A DNA stretch of 64,000 nt from the human T2T-CHM13v2.0 reference genome, Homo sapiens. A model generated the notes under the pieces. The model was not told where the DNA came from. It saw only the letters and a program-made list of their open reading frames with translations, and did not search any database. This document shows, piece after piece, positions 55,426 through 64,000 of the stretch; position 1 is the first letter of the stretch, and each line of letters opens with the position of its first letter. Position numbers and translations under genes: made by a program. Location of the stretch: assembly GCF_009914755.1 (NCBI RefSeq), contig NC_060927.1; one strand, given 5' to 3'.

Positions 55426-56849
55426 AGAAAGATCTCCAGAATAAGAAGGAGTTAAGGGTTATGGCTTCTCACTACTTCAGATGAATTTTTGAGAAAATTG
55501 TGGGAGGAGAGAGATGGGTGGAAATATCTCAAAAAGGTGTGTGGGCCTGCAGGAAAACTAGTGCTTCCATCAGCGAGTCTCAGCAGGTACGAGAGCAGCA
55601 GTACAATCTGTGTGGGTACAGATTCTCCAGACATCAGGAGAGATGGCCTTGAACCTTCTTCATTATGAGGCTGGGTAGGTACAACCCTGACTGTGGTCAA
55701 GAGGCAGGCTGCCACCTCATGTCAGGGCATGATGGCATCAAGAGAAGACTGACATTCAGTGGTTGGAGCTCTGTGGGGAAAAAAGAAAAAAATCCAGTAA
55801 CCCCTTTAAAATATAACTAAATGTCAGTTATACCCTTAAATATTCCAGAGAGTATCAGTACCTAGATTTAAAGTGCTGAATTCAATCATTTCTGCATCAT
55901 CCAGCTTTATAACAAAAGCTTATAGGTTTTATATACTTCAGAGGATAGTCTGGTAACCACAGAAAGACAATTTCTTCCCAACATGTTATTTGCCTGAAAG
56001 GGCTTTATCCCCCAAGGATATTATGCTAGGCAGTCATAGACAATACATTAAATAGAAATCGAGACACTGGACACTAAGTTGTACTCGGTTACTAATAGGC
56101 AGCTTTGCAGTAAAGTACTCAATTGCTTTTTTTTAGATTTTTTTATAATTGGACTCATCGCTTTCAATTTAAAGGTACTTCTGGAATAGATATCTGAAAA
56201 AAAAAATTGAAAATGTAAGTAAGATACCTTTAAAAATAAGTTTATATTTTCCCGTTTTTTACATACTCTGACATGTATATAATAAGTGCTCAATAAACGG
56301 TAACTATTATGCTTTCTACATCCAACTTTTAAAATAATCAGTTTTTGGTTTCTTTGCTCAGATACTTCAAGCTACTCTAGTGAAATACCTTTGCTCCCCA
56401 AGTCACTAGATGGAAGTGTGTCATGCTGGGTACCAAGGAGTGAGGCTGGGTTTCTACGGCTTTGTCTCAATGAACAGGCTTTGTCTCTAGGCTGGAACTT
56501 CTCTTTACTGCCCTAGGCAGTAGAATGAAGACAGAAGTGAAAGCGATGAATCCTTGCCAATAATTTTGTCAGACCTCATGTTCTCTTGTCTTTTAAAATA
56601 ATCAGTCGTACAGCCTCTGAAATGAAATGGATGGTAGGGTTTGAAGTCGACACAACAGAAAAAGAGAAGGTTGTGTGGATTTACATGGGTATTTTATGCA
56701 GACGTGCATGTGTTTGCTTGATTTATTTGGCATTCCAGGTTATCTGCCTTCTGCAGGGAGCATGGTTCTCTTGGGGAGTATCCTCCCTCATCTGTATGGT
56801 TCTTATGAAGCTGGAAGGGCAATACCCTTTCATGGTAAAGAGCACATGG

Positions 56850-57565
56850 CTGTGAGGTGGATTCATAACCAGGTGTTAATACATACCGTGTGACCTTGGG
56901 CAACTTACTTAACGTCTTTGTGCACCAGGAGCTTCATTTTAAAATGGAGATAATACAGTACCTTCCTTATTGAGTCATTTGTTTAGCCTGGATTTCCCTC
57001 AAAAGTAGAGCCTAAGATAAGGGATTGGGTGCAGGTGGTTTGCACTGCAAAGGAATCTCAAGAAGTGGAAGCATAGAACGAGTGAAACAGGGAGGGAGGG
57101 AAACCTAATCCAAGGTTTTGTATCCAAGCTGTTCATGGCAGCGGACACTGGGTCTTGACCTTGTTGCAGGTCCTTTGAGGACTGTGCAGACTGCATTATA
57201 GAATTGTCTCCAAGGGATCAAGGAGGGGAGGAGTATTTACATAAAACCTCCCATTCTGTGTTGGGCAAGATTGACCCATTAAAGTGTTCCCTCTCTTACA
57301 TACGTAGGTTTGCACATGTGTACCAGAATATTTCCATAGGAGACTCTCCCAGCTCTGATACAGAAGCCCAGGATAGAAGTTACTGTTAGAGACAAGATGT
57401 TGTCATGTTATATCTGATAGCTGCCACCAACTGGCTGGAGTAAAAGAAAGAGGACTTGGAGATTTGACAGGAGATGTTGATAAAGGATTAAATGGAAAAA
57501 AAATATGTGCAAAACTTCTAGGCCATTGTCTGGCTCAGAGTATGTACTCAATTCATGTTAACTAG
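56850..57565 (+). mobile_element. MIR split by an old ERVL LTR (LTR16-like, minus strand, ~56978-57470)
   Basis: MIR 'gtgtgaccttgggcaacttacttaac...aaaatggagataata' resumes at 'aaggattaaatg...tgtctggctcagagtatgtactcaa'. The insert begins 'tgtttagcctggatttccctcaaaagtagagcctaagataagg'. Confidence 0.65.
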
Positions 57566-58253
57566 CAAGCATGTGCACTTTTCTGGGCAGATATATACAT
57601 AAATTTATATGTATAATCATATATATATAATTATGTTTTTACATTTCCTTCTCCTGTTATATCATGCATATATTACGTCTTAGGATAAAATTGTCAAAGC
57701 TTCACTTGACCATGTTCCAGGAACAATACTGACAGTTTATCACTCCTATATCTTCACAGAAGGGAGAATTAATTGTAACTTGAGCAATGTCCAGAGATTT
57801 GCTAGACTTGCAAGCAAGATTATCCAGGGAAGAGAAGAGTTAACAAGTTGCTATGGACCCAAAGTTGCTAATCAGTACATGTGTCCGAACAGGATCTCTT
57901 CCTAACCTCCATACACACACAGACTCTCACACACACAAATGGGTGCACACGCACAGAGTTGAGCTAACAACAAGTTTTAGAGAGTATGAGTCGTTTCTCA
58001 GAAAAGTTTTATGACTGCTTTAACCCACAAACAAGGCAAGCAATTTAGACTGACATTTAGACCTCCTTATTTTCTTGATTTCCAATTTCTTCACTGGGAA
58101 CACTGAACTTTTCCTAATCATTGTGGATAATGAATTAGTAAGCTTAGTTTTAGGTCATTCATGATTTCTTTTCTTAATCTATAATTGAAAAATTACTTCC
58201 TTTTTGTCTTTGTTTTTTCCTTTGATGCTTCCTCATTGTATTTAAATTTTTAT

Positions 58254-58566
58254 TTATTTATTTATTTTATTTCATTTTATTTTTGAGATGGAGTCTCTCT
58301 GTGTCGCCCAGGCTGGCGTGCAGTGGCGCTATCTCGGCTCACTGCAAGCTCTGCCTCCTGGGTTCACGCCATTCTCCTCCCTCAGCCTCCTGAGTAGCTG
58401 GGACTGCAGGCGCCCACCACCACACCTGGCTGATTTTTTTGTATTTTTAGTAGAGACGGGGTTTCACCGTGTTAGCCAGGATGGTCTCAATCTCCTGACC
58501 TCGTGATCTGCCCACCTCGGCCTCCCAAAGTGCTAGGATTACAGGCATGAGCCACTGTGCCCGGCC
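58254..58566 (-). mobile_element. AluY
   Basis: Y diagnostics gcaagctc, ttcacgccattc and ccgtgttagccaggatgg. Perfect TSD taaatttttat at 58243-53 and 58567-77. Confidence 0.96.
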
Positions 58567-60044
58567 TAAATTTTTATGTCTTATGCTGATAAAATATGTA
58601 GAAGCATATAGGCAGATGTTCAGCAAGATGTCTGTAAGTGAGGACCTTTTTAAAGTCTGTCTTTCTTACAGAAGACCAAGGAATTTGATATATCATCTGA
58701 GGAAGTAAGTAAGCATAAGGAAAATAAAATTTTTAGTAAAAGTAGAAATGCAAATGACCATATTCTTTTTTTTGACTCCCAAATTTTTCAGGTGGTCAGA
58801 AGGTCATTTTAAACATTTTAAATTTATTTTTAAATTTTGTAGGTTGTGTGTACATTTTCTGGGCTGTCTAGTGAGTGTTAAACATATGCTTTATAAAATT
58901 ATCAAAAGCCGAACTATTGATATACATTTTGACAGATCCTTTTTGGTTTGTTAAATTAAACATTTTGACTCTTTCGTGTGTTTTCTTGAAAATGAGAGCA
59001 TTGGTTCAGTTTTTGAAAATCTCAAATGTAATGAGATTGGTTCCCAGCAGAAGTGGTGGGTAAGAAAAAAATTAAGCTTGTCAAGTCATTTTATGAAAGA
59101 TGCAGTAAGGGAGAGTTGGGTAGGAGGACTATTCAGAGCTGAATAAAATCAGCTGCAGCATCTGATAAGGCATTTCAAATGTTTGTGGTTTTATGCTAAA
59201 TGCTAAAGAGATCAGGTGTCTACCCCATAATGGATTTACCTAGGCTCCTCACAGTGTTTTTAACTACAGCAGTGATCATGAATGGTCATATATCTAAGCG
59301 TAAATTTAAGACTTGGGAAGTTTGCGTCTGGTGTTAAGAGTGACTTACTGTAAATAAGGACTGGCTGCCCTTGAACATTTTTAGAGCATGTGTGAATCTG
59401 GTGTTAAAACTAGCAAAAGTCATTGCCCGTTTTTCCTTTGCAAGTGGAAAAATTTACAGTATCTCTCTTGGGTCTCTTGAGCTATGCGGAGATGCGCAAA
59501 TCTCAGTTGTAGTGAGAGCCATACACTGGCTTTATTAGTCTTATGGGAACCAGAATCAGCTTCACTGACTGGGAGATTTGCTCATTTTAGAAAAGTACAT
59601 GGACTTTTGTATTTAGGATACCCTATATTATCTTAATTGTGACTCTTTTAACGTACTTATTGCTTAATTCATGGGAGTTTCTTCTCAGTTTTTATCTTCT
59701 TATCTCTATTGCTTGGATTTGAAGATACAGCAATTAGGACAAAATGACTGACCTTCTTCCCCAGGGTCAGCAAGGAAAAACAATGCCATCCAGTGAAATA
59801 TTTGCATTCTATTAAAACAATGATGATCTAGATTATTTAAAATAGTAACAATAATAACTAATATAATGTCTCATTTTAAATAAGGTGGTATTTTCCAATA
59901 GATTTTATACACTAATATATTTAACTTATAGTTATTCATATTTATTACATGAATATCGTAGGCAAGATGCTGAGAAAAAAGCAAGTAGAGACCTTGCCTT
60001 AAAGATACTTATAGTCTGATATGGTCAATGAGACAGTTTAAAAA

Positions 60045-60550
60045 TAGCCACATACCCAAAGGAAATGCATATATATGTTCACCAAATGCCATAAATTAAA
60101 TATTCACAGCATTTACTCCATGATAGTAAAAAACTAGAATTACTCACACATCCATCAACATAAAATGAATTACTAAACTGGCATAGTTGCATGATAGACT
60201 ACATTATAGCCATAAGAATAAATAAATTTCAGCCATACCCAATAACATCGAGGAATCCCAAACTTGTTATGTTGAGTGGAAGAAGGCAGATACAAAACAG
60301 CATAAGCTGTATGATTTTATTTATGCCAAGAAGAGAGTAAAACATTTATGTGCTGCTGGAATTCAGTAAAGAGTTAAGTGTTGAGAGGTGCAGTGACTGG
60401 GAGAGGATAGGAGGGGGCTCTCTGGCATGCTGGCCATGTTCTCTTTCTTTGAAAGGTGTTCTCCGTGTTCAGTTTATAAAAATGTATTAACTTTGCATGT
60501 ATGATTTGTGAATTTCTCTGTATAATATACTTAACTGAATTTTTAAAGTA
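60045..60550 (+). mobile_element. L1ME-type 3' fragment
   Basis: 'aaatgcatatatatgttcaccaaa...atgttgagtggaagaaggcagatacaaaa...ctgtatgatt'. Confidence 0.75.
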
Positions 60551-62151
60551 AGCAGTATCATTAAATAGAATAAGAAAAGACCTTTGTGGATAAAATCTTT
60601 TGTAAGAAACTGGGCTGTATCTACCATGTGCTACTACCTTAGTTTTCTTTTTGTAAAGTTTTTTTTTAATTAAAAAAAAATTCATTTGCCTTAGTTTTCT
60701 GGAGTAATTGGGAGGATTTGAAGATCTGGAGATAGAGACAGTCCTGGAATAAGAAAGCGTATAAACCAAAGTAAAAGGGTGGGAAAGTATTATTGAGTAA
60801 CAGACTGAATGGACTTTCAAGTACTTGAAGAGAAGTTGGAAAAGTACAAAGAGGAAAGTATTGTGTTAGGTTTCAGCCAGACAATAAAATGTTTTAAACT
60901 ATCATGGAATATGGTTTCTATTTTTTTCTTTGGGTGATGGGAATTGATGAAAAATTTTGCACTATGGAATGGCATCATTAAGATTAGATATTTGAATATC
61001 TGGCAAGTGAGCTTAGGGGATGGATTGAAAGGCAGAGAGACTGAAGGAGGAAAGATTTGACCATCTTTTCTCTGCAGTATTACAGAGGATTGTCACGTGG
61101 GTGTGCAACAGATGACAATCAGCAGTGGGACAGTGACTGGTGCCTAAAGTGTGCTCAATAAATATTTACTAAATGAATAATAATGTGAAGCAATAAACAA
61201 AATAAGAGGATTTTTGCATTTGACTCTGTAAATTAGCATTCTTAAGCAATAAGTTTGCGTTTTCAAGTGGTTCATCATAAGCAGAATCTAGGTTTTGTTT
61301 TTGCAAGGTAATGCCACTTAAAATTGGGACTGGAGTACTTGGTAAAGTCTTTCATAATCTGTATGTGATATTCAGATCATTGAATCTTATCTGTTTGGAA
61401 TCCAGATTGTGTATAGGATTCAATAATAGGCCACGTTATACTGTCTTTCTGCCAATTCCTTCACAAGGCCCTCTGAAGTAAAATATAAACTTTCCTCCGG
61501 TAAAATATTGTACCTCTTTCTTGGTTATTATCCTGGATAGAAGATCTACAGTTATCATATCCTTTCGAGTACTTTGGTTAAAAATTATTGACATTATAAT
61601 TCTTCAGTAGTTCTTGAACTGAAAGTTGGTAATTCCAACTTTTTTAGAAATCAGGTCAATGGTAGTAAGTGCTATGTCTGTGTTTTCCCTTTGAATTCTG
61701 GCTTACTTTTTAGGATTTGGTGTCAGTTTTTAAGGAATTCATATAGGTATTGAATTATGTGGTTTCACTATTCTTAGTTGTGATTACTGGGAAGAACTTT
61801 GGCACACCTGGTGGTAATTGGCTATGGTCATTTGTCTCTGAGAATGGTTAGGGGGATGCTACAGCTACCAGATCCAAGTAAGGATGTGAGGCAGGTGGAA
61901 CACAGACAATTTATCAGCAAAGTCCGTGGGTGGAAAGGATGCCTGGATCATCTAATTCTTTTGAGCTAGTGTTTGCTGAACTGAATCTAGTAGATAATTA
62001 TCTTCACCTTTGCTTTATACTCCTCGACACAGCTTAATTGTAAGAGAATGAAGAAGATAGATAGAATGTCTAGCTGATTTGTTACATATTGGTGAACAAC
62101 TTCAATTTTAGCTCCTATTTTAAACTCTTCCATCCTTTCCTTCTGTCATCA

Positions 62152-62589
<438 letters not shown>

Positions 62590-64000
62590 TTAGTAAGTGT
62601 TAATGGTTTGGTAAGTTTTTTTGATTCAACACTGAGAAAAATCCATTACTAATGGAAAGCTCAGAAATAACATGACCCTAAAAAGATTTTAGCTTAGTTT
62701 TGTTTTGTTTTGCTGATTATATTTTAAACTATCCACTCAATGTCAAGGTCTTCAGTAGTGCTAATGAATTAGTTATCTCTGAAACGCATCCTGGAGTTCA
62801 TTGTAAATAAATACTGTTGCAATTTAAATATTGATTCAGGAATAAGTGCTTGAGATTGCAAAATATATTTTTTAAAAGAATGCTGTTATTTTTGTTTCTT
62901 TATGGTGAATAAAAAAAGCTTTTGAGTTTGAATTTACTCATATGAGAGCTAAAAACTTTTACAATACATCCCCCCAAGAAAATATATTCAGAATTTAAAA
63001 AGGGAACACAGATATTAGAAGAAATATCAGATTCAGTCCAGATTAATCACAGAATGAATCAGATAACTATTCTTTCACAAATCATGCTATTTCTGAAATC
63101 TAATTATTATTAATGCCAACATGCCATATTTTTAATGGAAATTCTTTTAACATTTTAAAAAATCTTCCATCATCCATACAATAAACCCATAAATGTGGAA
63201 GCATTTTTAACATGCCATTATTTAGAATGTTTTAATAATAAAAACATCTGAAATCAAGTTTTACTTATTCTTTCCTGTAACAGAGAGCTGACATATAACT
63301 TTAAAAGATATTTGCCATGCGGGAATTGGGGATGTTGAATCAAAGAATATTCTTAGATTGTATATAATCTCTTTTATAAAAAAAGTATATCTTGAATTCA
63401 TATTTTTGCTTTTTCAAGGTAGATTTTGCTCTTTCTTTTGGCATCTATTTTTCTTTTGCAAAATGAAAGACCGCAAAATATTTGCAAGTCATGGTTTCAT
63501 AAGATATGATTATAAAAAGATAAGCAATGCAAATCCTATGCATCTTGTTTTCCGTACCTTTTTAAAAATTTTCTTTTGCCTTTACAGATTTACTTTCTTA
63601 CACTCCCTCTAAAAATATTTTCTGTTTAAGAAGGGGAAAAAAATGGCTTGTGACAATTTGCATAATATGTTAATGTGGATGTGCATCTAGACATCTGGAT
63701 GGCATTTTAATATCTCATTCTCATTCAAGGAATTAGACCTCACACAGATGGTAGAGACAATTTTAAGAGCAATGTTGTAAACAAATAAGGCGTCCAGGAA
63801 ACCAAACACACTCCAAGATAGGCTTTGCCGCCAAAGAAGCTTTTTAGTGAGATGTTTTGACTACAAGATTGTACAGCCCTTATCAGTCTCTGACAAAAGG
63901 AGAGGGACCAGCAGGCAGTTTTCCTATGCAAAAGAAAAGAACAAAAAATGTGCCACCAGTCATGAATTTTCAATTTTGAACATTTTAAATATTAAATATA

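Noticed and set aside
58602-58633. Second small exon-like unit (tgtag…tct|gtaagt) upstream of the SSEE candidate
   Set aside because: Weak acceptor, 32 nt long, and the following intron would be only 38 nt.

Overview
This is not prokaryotic DNA. It is AT-rich, non-coding primate sequence, most likely human: it carries AluJ/S/Y elements including an AluYa-lineage copy, L1PA, LTR12 and THE1. I find no supportable host protein-coding gene, tRNA/rRNA or CRISPR array. The long ORFs in the track are decayed L1 ORF2 fragments, Alu/LTR read-through or chance ORFs. The window is a layered record of insertions: 9 Alus plus a FLAM, a 4.2 kb 5'-truncated L1PA, older L1M pieces, Tigger3, MER DNA transposons, MADE1, many solo LTRs, and MIR/L2 relics. 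Two structures stand out and were checked base by base. (1) A perfect 105-bp inverted copy of 23727-23831, spanning a locus-specific L1 junction, sits 7.3 kb away inside the LTR12 at 31128-31232; this is a templated insertion. (2) A perfect palindrome with 66-bp arms and a 3-nt loop lies inside a ~480-bp pure-AT tract. Two weaker leads are hypotheses only: a CpG-rich LTR12 followed by a consensus splice donor, and a 33-nt candidate exon reading KTKEFDISSEE. I see no convincing evidence of a new biological system. Repeat subfamily names come from remembered consensus sequences, and the boundaries of old repeats are approximate.
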